A stretch of 64,000 nucleotides of DNA, taken from Treponemataceae bacterium. Its GTDB lineage: Bacteria > Spirochaetota > Spirochaetia > Treponematales > Rectinemataceae. Positions 10,405 through 20,353 of the stretch are shown in pieces. The notes under the pieces were generated by a model that worked only from the letters and a program-made list of their open reading frames with translations, was not told the DNA's origin and did no database searches. Location of the stretch: contig CAXXGJ010000017.1 of the NCBI GenBank assembly GCA_963677895.2, forward strand, positions 143,908-207,907, given 5' to 3'. Each line of letters begins with the position of its first letter. Position 1 is the first letter of the stretch. The position numbers and the translations under genes were made by a program.

Positions 10405-11712
10405 ATGAATTGGCTCGATGTCTACAAAAGCAAGCTGATATCCATCGACGAGGCCGTGTCCATGATCCGGAGCGACAACGACATAATCGTCGGCCAGTGC
10501 GCCTCCGAGCCCCAGGGCTGCATGTCGCGCTTCCATATCGTGGGCGACAGAGTGACCGATGTCAGGGTCTTCTCCGTCCTCACCCTGAAGCCCTACGACT
10601 TCTACATGAAGCCCGAGATGAAAGGCCACTTCGAGCTGGCCTCCTGGTTCCACGCCCCGGGATCGCGCGCCGCCCTCAAGGCCGGGACCGGCACGGTCAC
10701 CTACGTCCCCAACATGCTGCACCGCGCGGCCACGGACAGGATCCACGCCCACCGGCCCGAGATATTCTTCGGCACCTGCACCCCCCCCGACAAGCACGGC
10801 TTCGTCTCCCTCTCCCTCGGCATCACCTACGAGAAGGACATGGTCGAAGCGGCGAAGCTCGTCGTGCTCGAGGTGAATCCCCGCCTCCCGCGCACCTTCG
10901 GCGACACCCAGGTCCATGTTTCGCAGGTCGGCTATTTCGTCGAGTACGACCAGGAAGTGCCCAGCCTTCCAGCCCCCAACCCCGACGCCACCGACATGGC
11001 TATCGGCGCCCATATCGCGGAGCTCGTCGACGACGGTTCGACCATCCAGCTCGGCATAGGCGGGATTCCCAACGCGGCAGCCCTCGCCCTGCGCGACAAG
11101 AAGGACTTGGGCGTGCATACGGAGATGCTGGTAGATTCCATGATGGAGCTGTACGAGATGGGCGTGGTGACGAACGCCAGGAAGGCGCTCAAAAAAGGAA
11201 AGTTCATCACTACCTTCGCGATGGGTTCGCGCAGGTTCTACGACTGGCTCGACGACAACGTAGCCGTCGAGTTCCAACGCGGTCGCTGGACGAACGACCC
11301 GTCGATCGTCGCCCAGAATTCGAAGATGGTGTCGATCAACACCTGCATTTCAGTGGATCTCACCGGCCAGGTGGCGAGCGAGAGCATCGGCCCCAACCAG
11401 TATTCGGGCACAGGCGGCCAATCAGACACGGCCACGGGCGCCGTGGCTGGCTTCGACGGTCTCGGGAAAAGCATCATCGCCTGCTACAGCACGGCGAAAA
11501 ATGGCACTGTCTCGACCATCGTCCCCATGCTCCCCGAAGGTTCGGCCGTCACCCTGCACCGCAGCCTCGTGGATCATGTCGTCACCGAGAACGGCATCGC
11601 CCGCCTGCGCGGCAGGACGGTGCGCGAAAGGGCCAGGGAGCTTATCGCCATCGCGAAGCCCGAATTCAGGGATGAGCTGACTTCCAAGGCCAAGGCCTTG
11701 GGCTATCTATGA
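10405..11712 (+). CDS. acetyl-CoA hydrolase/transferase family CoA transferase
   Basis: TIQLGIGGIPNA, DLGVHTEM, DLTGQVASE, SGTGGQ.D, VVTENGIA.LRG. Confidence 0.9.
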   Translation: MNWLDVYKSKLISIDEAVSMIRSDNDIIVGQCASEPQGCMSRFHIVGDRVTDVRVFSVLTLKPYDFYMKPEMKGHFELASWFHAPGSRAALKAGTGTVTYVPNMLHRAATDRIHAHRPEIFFGTCTPPDKHGFVSLSLGITYEKDMVEAAKLVVLEVNPRLPRTFGDTQVHVSQVGYFVEYDQEVPSLPAPNPDATDMAIGAHIAELVDDGSTIQLGIGGIPNAAALALRDKKDLGVHTEMLVDSMMELYEMGVVTNARKALKKGKFITTFAMGSRRFYDWLDDNVAVEFQRGRWTNDPSIVAQNSKMVSINTCISVDLTGQVASESIGPNQYSGTGGQSDTATGAVAGFDGLGKSIIACYSTAKNGTVSTIVPMLPEGSAVTLHRSLVDHVVTENGIARLRGRTVRERARELIAIAKPEFRDELTSKAKALGYL

Positions 11713-12747
11713 TCTGTCGATCCTGATATCGCCCGAGGCCGAGCTGATTTTTACGGGTATGAGGCCGGTACCGAACCTGATGGTCCGCGCGCCGTTCTGG
11801 ATGCCTTCGCATTCCACGTCGCCCGAGACCGTGGACCAGCCCACCGTGGCATCGATGTCCCTCGGGCAGAGCAGCGAGATGTCGCCCGATGCCGTGGTCA
11901 CCGATACCCTGTTGCACTGATCGTCCATCTCCACCTCGACGGAACCCGATGCCGTCTCGATGGAGATATTTTCCGTGCAGCCCGCGAGGGCTATATCGCC
12001 GGAGGCCGTCGTCACCTCGATGTCGCCCGAGCAGAGTCTCACGTCGACATCGCCGGAGGCCGTCTGGATCGAAAGATCGCCTACCCTGTCCTCGACGACG
12101 ACGTCTCCCGAAAGGGTCCTGACCGAAAGTTGATCCACCGTGCTCGGTATCCCGATTTCGAGGGTTTCAGGCTCACGGGGACCGCCTGTGGCCACGATCT
12201 CCATGGTCCTGTCGTCGCGATTCATTATTCTGAATGAAGGGGTGTCGTCGCCGTTGGCCTTTACCGAGAGGCCGGAAGTCGAGAGAAGGATTTTGACGTC
12301 GGTCGATTTCGTCCTGCAGATGATCTCCCTCACGTTTCCAATCGGCAGATCCTTGAAACGCAGGGTCCTGCCGCCGTCGCCCCGCTCGCGCTCGGCGTCC
12401 TTGAAGATCGTGGCGACGTTGAAAGCCCTGCGGATCACGTCCCCCAGGTCTTCCCCGTCTATGGTGATGCGCGTCTTGGCTTTGACTCGTTCTTTTTTAT
12501 CGTCCGCGCGGTCTTTTTCCTCGGATCCGGTTTTTTGGCAGGTGACGCCCGATTCCTTGCAGAGACATTCGGCGAAGGTCTCGGGCTTTTCGAGGCCGGC
12601 GACGATCTCCTCTTCGCTCATATCGGGATGCTTGAGCGCCAGCTCATCGATATGGTCTTCGATTTCGAGGAGGATGTCCCTCCTCGAGTCCTCTTCGAAG
12701 CCCTCCAGGCCCCGCGAAAGCGCTTCGATGTATTCTTTCCTTGTCAT
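11707..12747 (-). CDS. DUF1700 (HAAS)-like N-terminus plus DUF4097 beta-repeat protein
   Basis: MTRKEYIEAL...DILLEIEDHI...SEEEIVAGL; repeated T.SGD(V/I) motifs; follows padR. Confidence 0.8.
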   Translation of the reverse strand: MTRKEYIEALSRGLEGFEEDSRRDILLEIEDHIDELALKHPDMSEEEIVAGLEKPETFAECLCKESGVTCQKTGSEEKDRADDKKERVKAKTRITIDGEDLGDVIRRAFNVATIFKDAERERGDGGRTLRFKDLPIGNVREIICRTKSTDVKILLSTSGLSVKANGDDTPSFRIMNRDDRTMEIVATGGPREPETLEIGIPSTVDQLSVRTLSGDVVVEDRVGDLSIQTASGDVDVRLCSGDIEVTTASGDIALAGCTENISIETASGSVEVEMDDQCNRVSVTTASGDISLLCPRDIDATVGWSTVSGDVECEGIQNGARTIRFGTGLIPVKISSASGDIRIDRS

Positions 12748-13100
12748 AGTGCCGTTCCTCTGCCCGAAATGCGCGTGCGGGCCCGATCACTTCTATCGTA
12801 TTCCTCCAGCATGGCGGAAAGCAATGCCGAACCCAACCCGGTTATACTGTAATATTTTCGGGGATGTCCCACGTCGGGGGTTTCCCAGCTGGACGATATG
12901 CTGCCGTCTCTCGTCATCCGCATGAGAAGGGGATAGAGCGTTCCTTCGGATACATCGATGCCTATGGTCTTCAGGCTTTCCATCATCTCGAGCCCATAGC
13001 TGCGCCCGCTGGAGCCCAGGAGCTCCAGTATGCAGAGCTCCAGAAAGCCTTTCCGGAACTGGCTTTTCCATTTTTCAAAAAGCTCGCCAGACATATCCAT
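12744..13100 (-). CDS. PadR family transcriptional regulator
   Basis: QFRKGFLELCIL, SYG.E, SEGTLYPLL.R, PRKYYSIT. Confidence 0.92.
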   Translation of the reverse strand: MDMSGELFEKWKSQFRKGFLELCILELLGSSGRSYGLEMMESLKTIGIDVSEGTLYPLLMRMTRDGSISSSWETPDVGHPRKYYSITGLGSALLSAMLEEYDRSDRARTRISGRGTAL

Positions 13101-13216
13101 GAGCTTTTCCTTTCAGGGAAGAAAGATAGCGGGACGCGGGCGCTGTCGTCTCGCGGCGATGCGCCTGCCCTACCCCTTCCCTTTGCCTTCCGCGTCATCG
13201 CGGAGGGGCGCTCGGC

Positions 13217-13465
13217 TCAGAACGGCTGATTTTTGCCGAAAGACGTCGCCATGAAGTATTGGACCATCTCCCTGCCCGAGTATATATCGACCCTTCCGTC
13301 CCTGCCATAGACATCGCGCATCGCGTGACGGTCTCCGATCTCCCTGTAGCGATCGGTTTCGCGGACTTTTGGCTCGACACCTGGCTGCAATGCACCGGAA
13401 ACCGCGTGCACCATTCTCTGGAGTGATCGCATCACGCGCTTCACATCCATCAGAATCGCTTCCAT
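13217..13465 (-). CDS. small hypothetical protein (82 aa), probable first gene of the PadR operon
   Basis: Strong RBS AAGGAGA 5 nt before ATG; PadR-type palindrome directly upstream; no recognisable family. Confidence 0.5.
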   Translation of the reverse strand: MEAILMDVKRVMRSLQRMVHAVSGALQPGVEPKVRETDRYREIGDRHAMRDVYGRDGRVDIYSGREMVQYFMATSFGKNQPF

Positions 13466-13484
13466 GGTTCTCTCCTTTTCAAGA

Positions 13485-13505
13485 ATACCTTGTATTGCAT
13501 AATAT
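13485..13505. promoter_or_regulatory. putative PadR operator (ATACCTTGTATTGCATAATAT)
   Basis: Imperfect inverted repeat of the type usually seen upstream of padR genes. Confidence 0.5.
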
Positions 13506-13622
13506 AATTGTGTGCCTATTATTTTTCAATAGCTTGGCGCGAATTTTTTATCGAATTGCGCGTTTTTTTTTGCGCGCAGGTCGGCCATTGACCGCTGCCC
13601 TGTCTTTGACAACAATGAAGCC

Positions 13623-14390
13623 GTGTACAGCGATTCGCACCTGCATCTCGTCGATCTCAACGACAGGGGTCCCGATTTTCTCTCGAGCTTTCCGGTTCCC
13701 GACTGGCGCGGCGCCGTAGTCGCCCATGATATCGAGGAATTCGAGAGGTCGGAGACCCTGCGGGCGAGCATTCCCTTCACAGTCGCGGGTTTCGGCATCC
13801 ACCCCCAGGCGATACGCTGGGATACGGCGGATTATATGCGGGAGCTCGCGGAGAAGGGAAAGATCGCCTTCATCGGCGAAGCCGGATTCGAGTTTTTCGG
13901 CGACAGGCCCGAATGGATCAGGAACGACGAGAATATCAAAAGACAGCGCGAAGCCTTCGAATTCCAGCTGACCCTCGCGGTCGCCAAGGGACTTCCCCTT
14001 CTCATACATTCCAGGAAGGGATTGGACCTGATAATGGGCTATGGCAGGGAGCTCCGGAAGCTGCCGGCCCTCATCTTCCACGGATGGCCCGGCCGCATTC
14101 AGGACGCGCAGGCCTTCCTGAAAAAAGGCGTTCCGGCCTACTTTTCCTTCGGCATGACCCTGCTCCGGGACGCGAAACACGCCATGGAAACCTGCGCGGC
14201 CATTCCCGAGGACAGGATCCTTTCGGAAACGGACGCCCCCTGGCAGCCGCCCAAAGGCGAGACCTGGACGAGTCCCGGAAAGATCGCGGCGGTTTCGCGG
14301 AGCATCGCGGCGATACGAGGGATCCACACCGAGGCGATGAACCTGCTGCTGCGGAAAAACTTCAATAAAGCCTTCGGCGTCAAGGAATAG
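13623..14390 (+). CDS. TatD family hydrolase
   Basis: DSHLHL, GIHP, IGEAG, LIHSR, IFHG, SETDAP. Confidence 0.88.
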   Translation: MYSDSHLHLVDLNDRGPDFLSSFPVPDWRGAVVAHDIEEFERSETLRASIPFTVAGFGIHPQAIRWDTADYMRELAEKGKIAFIGEAGFEFFGDRPEWIRNDENIKRQREAFEFQLTLAVAKGLPLLIHSRKGLDLIMGYGRELRKLPALIFHGWPGRIQDAQAFLKKGVPAYFSFGMTLLRDAKHAMETCAAIPEDRILSETDAPWQPPKGETWTSPGKIAAVSRSIAAIRGIHTEAMNLLLRKNFNKAFGVKE

Positions 14391-14399
14391 GAAAACCAC

Positions 14400-15596
14400 A
14401 TGTTCAGACCCTTCGAACTGGAACGCTATTTCGCGAAGCATGAATTTTCGGCGCGCTATCTGCTCTGCACTTCCGACTGTGAAAGCATGTCGGTCAGGGA
14501 TCTCCTGTCCATGGAGCCCGGGGCCGAGGAAAGCCTGCTCTCGACATGGCTCGGCTACACCGAATCGAGGGGCAATCCGACGCTGAGGAAGGAAATAGCG
14601 GCCCTCTACGATTCCATGGACGAAGATGAGGTCCTGGTCCACGCAGGCGCGGAGGAGGCGATTCTCAATCTTTTCACCGCTCTCGTCCGGCCGGGACAAA
14701 CGGTAATCGTCAATACGCCCTGTTACCAATCCCTGAGCGAAGTGCCGCGGGCTCTCGGCGCCCGCGTCGTCCCCTGGCATCTACGTCCGGCCGAGGGCCG
14801 GTGGTTCCTGGACCCCGACGAACTGGCCGAACTGCTGGCTATCCATGCGGGAGGGGGAACCGGAATGGCCCCTATCGTCGTGATGAACATGCCCCACAAC
14901 CCGACGGGCGCCCTCCTTACGCGCGGGGAATTCGACCGCGTCGTTTCGCTCTGCGAGAGCCGTGGAGCCATACTCGTCTGTGACGAAGTCTACAGGTTCC
15001 TGGAAACCGATCCGCGCGATCGCCTGCCCGCCGTCTGCGACACGTATGAAAATGGAATTTCACTCTCAGTGCTTTTCAAAGCCTGGGGCCTGGCGGGGCT
15101 GAGGATAGGATGGATCGCCGCCAAACGCCGCGACATCCTCGATTCAGTGGCCCAGGTCAAGGATTATAATTCCATCTGCGCCTCCGCGCCCTCGGAAACC
15201 TTGGCCGGAGTCGCCCTGCGCCATTCGGGCGAGATCATCGCGCACAGCAGGGATATCTGCGCCAAAAATCTGGCCTCCTTCTCGCGTTTTTTCGCTAACA
15301 GGGAAGATATGTTCGAATGGATTCCGCCCCGCGGCGGTTCGGTCGCTTTTCCGAGGCTGAGGATAGGCGGGGGAAGCGGCAGGTGGGTGAACGCGGAAAG
15401 AAAATGGACCGGCAAGGATTCAGGGATCAGCGCCGCTGTGCTCGCCGAAAGGCTGCTGGAGGAACGGGGAATCCTCATCCTTCCGGGGATCTGCTACGAT
15501 TACGATCCCGCCCATTTCCGGATCGGCCTCGGCCGCAGGCAGGTGCCGGAAGCGCTCGCTTTGCTTGACGAGTGGCTCGCGGCGCAAGGATTGTAG
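14400..15596 (+). CDS. PLP-dependent class I/II aminotransferase
   Basis: NMPHNPTG, CDEVY, KAWGLAGLRIGW, FRIGLG. Confidence 0.88.
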   Translation: MFRPFELERYFAKHEFSARYLLCTSDCESMSVRDLLSMEPGAEESLLSTWLGYTESRGNPTLRKEIAALYDSMDEDEVLVHAGAEEAILNLFTALVRPGQTVIVNTPCYQSLSEVPRALGARVVPWHLRPAEGRWFLDPDELAELLAIHAGGGTGMAPIVVMNMPHNPTGALLTRGEFDRVVSLCESRGAILVCDEVYRFLETDPRDRLPAVCDTYENGISLSVLFKAWGLAGLRIGWIAAKRRDILDSVAQVKDYNSICASAPSETLAGVALRHSGEIIAHSRDICAKNLASFSRFFANREDMFEWIPPRGGSVAFPRLRIGGGSGRWVNAERKWTGKDSGISAAVLAERLLEERGILILPGICYDYDPAHFRIGLGRRQVPEALALLDEWLAAQGL

Positions 15597-15657
15597 GATC
15601 GCTCCGGCCGGCCGCAGCCGCGGACGCCGCAAGTAGCCGCTGTGTACAGACGCGCCC

Positions 15658-16983
15658 TCAATCGCCGAACAGAAATCGCCGCGGGTTTTCCGAACAGAAG
15701 GCGTTCTTCAACTCGGGGTTGATCGCGCTCCCCGAAAAAATCCTGAAATAGTCGGCGTAGGATCTCACTTTTATCAGATTGACCATGAAGTCGGAACCGA
15801 ACATGATCCGCTTTTCGGCCACCTTTCTCTTGGCCGGATCCATGCTTCCCAACGTGACGAGCAGGGAATCGTAATATTCCGGCGCGACGCCGTTGAAGGA
15901 AAAATCCCCGTAGACCCCCGGGAAATCCGTCATGAGGCCGAAAATCGCATCCCGCCACTCGGTGGGCGGCGGCGCCAGGCGATTGGGAATGCTGTACTGG
16001 GCGCCTAGATGGGCAAAGTTCACGATAAGGCGGGGATACTTTTCCAGGGCGGGCCGATAGCGCGCGGGGGAAGTATTGCGCCAGGCTTCCTCGAGGGGAA
16101 TCACCCTGAATCCGCCATCGTCGCAATGGACCGTGAGGGGTATTTTTCGTTCTTCCGCGAAGGAATAAAGGATTTCCACCTTCTCCCTTTCGACCCCGTC
16201 GGCGGGCCAGGGGTCGAAACCGAGGGGAGGATAGAGTTTGATGCCGGCGAAAGGCGAATGCTTTCGCTCGGGATCGCCGGTGAGAATCTCGCCCATGCTC
16301 CCGAAATCCGCCCTCGCCTCCTCCCTGTCCCTCGTATAAAACGACAGCCAGGTATCCAGAAAGCGCGCAAGCGATTCGGGGCTGTGGGTTTTGGGATTTA
16401 TCCCGAGGAAGGGCTGGATTTCCAGGAGCCCCTCTGGTCGGGTCAGCCTGTAATCCCTGATGCCGAGCATGACGTCGACGATCTGAGCGTCGATGGTCTT
16501 CTTGGGGTATTTATCGTAATAGGTGTCGGGTTGATATGGTCCGGGCTCGCCGAAATCCATGAGCAGCGGAGATATGACGAGCCTACCATACTTCTGGCCG
16601 CCCACATCGAGGATACCGTCCCGTACCAGCGGCGTTTCGTCGGCGGATTTGGCGTAAACGCCCGTCAGGTCGTCTTCCATCAGCTTGAATATGTCCCCCG
16701 GCTCGTTTTCCATGACCGACAGCATGTTGCGTATCTTTTCGCCGCCTCGATGGAAGAGCGAGGAAGCCAGGTATTCGAAGGAAGTAAGCTGGCTGAAAAG
16801 GGCTTCGAGCCTCCTCCTCCTCAATGTCTGTATGAGCGCGAGAAAGGAGGGGTGCGAAAGCGTATGGGCATGGCAGTGTATGTCGAAGAAATCCGGGAGT
16901 TCCGCCTTGGCGACAAGGCCCGGTCTTGCTTCGCCGACGTCAGCCTTCGCATGGCCAGCGCCGGCGCCGATCTTTACGCTCAT
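15658..16983 (-). CDS. amidohydrolase family protein (Amidohydro_2-like)
   Basis: DIHCHAH, GIKLYPPLGF, TVHC, AHLG, FGSDF; start overlaps the stop of the DMT gene. Confidence 0.8.
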   Translation of the reverse strand: MSVKIGAGAGHAKADVGEARPGLVAKAELPDFFDIHCHAHTLSHPSFLALIQTLRRRRLEALFSQLTSFEYLASSLFHRGGEKIRNMLSVMENEPGDIFKLMEDDLTGVYAKSADETPLVRDGILDVGGQKYGRLVISPLLMDFGEPGPYQPDTYYDKYPKKTIDAQIVDVMLGIRDYRLTRPEGLLEIQPFLGINPKTHSPESLARFLDTWLSFYTRDREEARADFGSMGEILTGDPERKHSPFAGIKLYPPLGFDPWPADGVEREKVEILYSFAEERKIPLTVHCDDGGFRVIPLEEAWRNTSPARYRPALEKYPRLIVNFAHLGAQYSIPNRLAPPPTEWRDAIFGLMTDFPGVYGDFSFNGVAPEYYDSLLVTLGSMDPAKRKVAEKRIMFGSDFMVNLIKVRSYADYFRIFSGSAINPELKNAFCSENPRRFLFGD

Positions 16984-17909
16984 TTTCCCGCTTCCCTCTC
17001 CGCCCGGCTCTGTCGATTGGCTGTCCATACCCCTAGTATAATCACGATCGCGCCCAGTGCTTGCATGACTTCGAAGCGTTCCTTGCGTATGGTCACGCCG
17101 GCCACGATGGTTATCACGGTGACGAGATTGGCGAAGACAGCGCTCTGCGAGGCCTTCAGCCTGGTGAGAGTAAAATTGATTAGGAAGAACGCGACGATCG
17201 ACGAGAGGATGCCGAGATAGGCTATGGAATACCATACCGAGGCCATGCGCGAAAGGAGAGAGCCGGGCGCCGCGGGAGACTGAACGAACCATAGCGACTT
17301 TACGAGTACGATGGCGCCGAAGGCGATCGCCCCCGCCCACATCATGGCGAAGGTCCGCTCGAAATCGCTGAAGCTCCGGGAAGCTTTGCGGGAAAGTACG
17401 TTGAACAGCGCGGCGCTCAGCATGGAGCCTATCAGGAAAAAGACCCCTCTCAGGGTACCTTCGCCGTCGGCCGCGCCCGCCCCGGGGCCGGTGAGTACGA
17501 CGATGGCGACGCCCAGGATCGAGAGCACGAGGCCGAGGGTCTGCAGGGGCGTCGTCTTTTCCTTGAGCGCGAATATGCTCAGAATGGCGACAAAGGCCGG
17601 CAGGGCGCCGAGGATGATGCCGGCGGTGCTGGTCGACGACTCGCGCACCCCGTAGGTTTCGAAGATGAAATACAGGATGGGCTGGAAAAGACAGGTCAGG
17701 ATGAGAATGCCCGGCTTCTTCCCCCTGTAGTCCAGCTTCACCACCTTCGCGGCCACGAGAAGGCTCATGATGAGGGCTGCCAGCAGGAAGCGCGAGAAAA
17801 TAAGCTCCATCGGATCGAGCAAGTCGAGGGCGCTCTTGGTGACGAGGAATGAAAAACCGAATATGGTCGACCAGCCGATGCCGGCCGCTATGGAAACTGT
17901 CCGATTCAT
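16980..17909 (-). CDS. DMT/EamA family transporter
   Basis: IFGFSF.VTK, about 10 TM segments, duplicated EamA pattern. Confidence 0.88.
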   Translation of the reverse strand: MNRTVSIAAGIGWSTIFGFSFLVTKSALDLLDPMELIFSRFLLAALIMSLLVAAKVVKLDYRGKKPGILILTCLFQPILYFIFETYGVRESSTSTAGIILGALPAFVAILSIFALKEKTTPLQTLGLVLSILGVAIVVLTGPGAGAADGEGTLRGVFFLIGSMLSAALFNVLSRKASRSFSDFERTFAMMWAGAIAFGAIVLVKSLWFVQSPAAPGSLLSRMASVWYSIAYLGILSSIVAFFLINFTLTRLKASQSAVFANLVTVITIVAGVTIRKERFEVMQALGAIVIILGVWTANRQSRAEREAGK

Positions 17910-18018
17910 TGTGGCGACAGTAGCACCGGGGCGATTTCTTGGCAATCGGCGCATGACACTATGACACTATGATGCGCGGCCTTTCCGGCTATGATATATT
18001 CACGACAGAGGTGGAGCG

Positions 18019-18441
18019 ATGGAAAACAACGTGGAAGCTTTCTGGGCGGACTTCGAAAGGGAAACCGGCGAAAAAGTGCTCGCCAGGACCATGGGGCAGT
18101 TCTTCTCTTCGTCCAAGGATCGGGGCGACTGGGGCCTTCTCGTCCTCTCCCCCACGGGGATACGTTTCCGCAGGACGCCGGGCGAAAACTGGTTTGCCTC
18201 GATGTTCAGGACTTCCTCTCCTCCCGTATCGACGAAAAGCGTGGAGGATCTCGTCATTTCCTATGCTTCAATCTCCGGGGTCACGAATCCGCCCAAGAAA
18301 TTCCTGGATTTCCTGTTTGGAAGCCCCTTTCTTCTCATGGTGGTTTCCTACGAGAAGGACGGGCAAAGCCGGGAGGCTCGTTTCGCGGTAGATCCCAAGA
18401 GCGATTTCTGCAAGCGGCTGAAGACTTTCATCCAAGACTGA
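18019..18441 (+). CDS. hypothetical protein
   Basis: RBS GGAG, host-like codon usage, fills the gap between genes. Confidence 0.65.
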   Translation: MENNVEAFWADFERETGEKVLARTMGQFFSSSKDRGDWGLLVLSPTGIRFRRTPGENWFASMFRTSSPPVSTKSVEDLVISYASISGVTNPPKKFLDFLFGSPFLLMVVSYEKDGQSREARFAVDPKSDFCKRLKTFIQD

Positions 18442-18449
18442 AAAAACGT

Positions 18450-19130
18450 TCAGACCAGCTGGTAAGGCAATCCCGCGGCGCCGAGATGAGGCGCGCACCA
18501 CTTCGCCCCGGCCTTCAGCAGCGTTTCCTCGGAAAAGCTCGTCGTAAGCCCCAGGCAGGCGGCGCCGGCGCTGACGCCGGCCAGGATGCCGTTCACCGCG
18601 TCCTCGACCACGAGGCACCTGCCGATATCCACGCCGATCCTGGAAGCCGCTAGCAAGTAGATGTCGGGAAAGGGCTTTTTCCTCTCGATGTCGGAACCGG
18701 TCACCACGGCGTCGAAAAAATCGGTGTCGATGCCGAGAACGCGCAGGTTTATCTTCACCTTGGCGAGATCGGCCGCCGAGGCCAGGGCTATTTTGAGCCC
18801 CATCTCCCTGCAGGCGTGGAGATACTCAGGGGCGCCGGGCAGGACCTTTACGTATTCGGAAGCGAGCTCGCCGTAAATCTCGTAGGTCCAGGTCTTAGCG
18901 GCGGGAAGATCGACGGAAAGCCCCATCTCGCCGGCGGGGCCGCCTATGAAACGGTCCTCGCCGGCTCCAACGTATGGATAGAAAATGTTTCGAGGCGCTT
19001 CGACGCCATAACGCTGCCTGAACATCTTCATGGCCGATTGCGCGATGAGTTCCTCCGAATCCACGAGGACTCCGTCCATGTCGAAAAGTACCGCGTCGAA
19101 CTTTTCGGCAGTAAAGCCGCAACCTTCCAT
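18450..19130 (-). CDS. HAD-IA family hydrolase (beta-PGM/CbbY-like)
   Basis: FDMDGVLVDSE, KPFPDIY, VEDAVNG. Confidence 0.9.
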   Translation of the reverse strand: MEGCGFTAEKFDAVLFDMDGVLVDSEELIAQSAMKMFRQRYGVEAPRNIFYPYVGAGEDRFIGGPAGEMGLSVDLPAAKTWTYEIYGELASEYVKVLPGAPEYLHACREMGLKIALASAADLAKVKINLRVLGIDTDFFDAVVTGSDIERKKPFPDIYLLAASRIGVDIGRCLVVEDAVNGILAGVSAGAACLGLTTSFSEETLLKAGAKWCAPHLGAAGLPYQLV

Positions 19131-19252
19131 TCTGACTCCTCGCAAAGCTTCCAATTCGGGCTGACTGTAGCATATCGTCCCGCCGCGCTTCCAGCCTTCC
19201 AGCCTTCCAACCTGGATTGCCCTTTTCGCGCCAAACCGCTATCTTTCCACCG

Positions 19253-20353
19253 ATGACAGACATCGCCGCCACCATGGAGAGCGCGCGCATACCTTTCAGG
19301 GAATTCGGCCTCACCGCCATCGATTCCTACTGCGGCTTCACCATGGACAGACCGATAAAATTTTTCCTCGTCGAAGGCAGCATTGTCGATCTCGCGAAAA
19401 ACTTCGAAACCCTAAGTTACCCCGCCCTGCCCTATGCCGACGCGAGCCTCGACGCCGCCGCGGCGGGCTACGAGGCGCGTTTTCTCTGCGTCGACGACAT
19501 CGACAGGAAAAATGTCGGCGCCCTGGGCATGAGCGCTTTCCGGAGAAATCCTCTCGACGGCCACTACTTTGATCCACATGGAATTTATGCCGACCTGAAG
19601 AACCGCCAATTCAAAGTGGAACGGGTAGACGGGGAAAACGTACTTTTTGAGACGGCCGCATTCCTGTCGCGCCTTCATCCGGCGCCGGAGACGACGATCG
19701 GGGCGCTTCCCCTCCCCGGCGCGGCTTCGGCCTTCTGGCAGAGGGACCTTCTCTCGCTCATCCTGCAGGGACCTAACTCGGCCGCGGCCTTCGAACTCCT
19801 CAGGGAGAGCGGCTTCGTAAAGACCTACTGGCCCGACCTGGACGCCCTCCTCCTCGTCGATCACGCCAAGGACTGCCACCCCGAAGGCGGGGGATGGTCC
19901 CACACGATGGAGGCGCTGGGCTACCGAAAATCCCTGGACCTGACCCTTTCCCTCGCCCTTCTCCTTCACGACATCGGCAAACCCCGTTCCGAATCGAGCG
20001 AAGGGCATCGATTCGACAAGCATGCGGAAATAGGCGCCAGAATAGCGGCCCGTTTTCTCCGGTCGCTGGGTTTTGACGAAAAAATCATACGCGACGCATG
20101 CTTCATGATTCGCTGGCACATGCTGCCAGCCGGCCTGCCCCGCATTCCCCTCTCGACGGTGAGCGACATCATACTCGACAGCCGTTTCGTGGATCTTCTG
20201 GAGCTTTTCCGCTGCGACGAGTTTTCCTCGTTCAAAGGGCCTGACGGATACTATGCCTCATGCGCGGCCTACAAGGCTTTCATGAGGAACCACAAAAATC
20301 CGTACCGGGATCAGGATGGCAGAAAAAAGGCTCAGATCTTTTCCAGGCTGTGA
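19253..20353 (+). CDS. HD-domain protein with a degenerate CCA/poly(A) polymerase-like N-terminus
   Basis: HPEGGGWSHT, LLLHDIGKP, HAEIGA, WHM; N-terminal FDPHGIYADLKNR resembles the polA/CCA head. Confidence 0.75.
   Translation: MTDIAATMESARIPFREFGLTAIDSYCGFTMDRPIKFFLVEGSIVDLAKNFETLSYPALPYADASLDAAAAGYEARFLCVDDIDRKNVGALGMSAFRRNPLDGHYFDPHGIYADLKNRQFKVERVDGENVLFETAAFLSRLHPAPETTIGALPLPGAASAFWQRDLLSLILQGPNSAAAFELLRESGFVKTYWPDLDALLLVDHAKDCHPEGGGWSHTMEALGYRKSLDLTLSLALLLHDIGKPRSESSEGHRFDKHAEIGARIAARFLRSLGFDEKIIRDACFMIRWHMLPAGLPRIPLSTVSDIILDSRFVDLLELFRCDEFSSFKGPDGYYASCAAYKAFMRNHKNPYRDQDGRKKAQIFSRL

Noticed and set aside
19188..19211. Three CTTCCARC 8-bp tandem units in a divergent promoter region
   Set aside because: Too short to support phase variation or an iteron function
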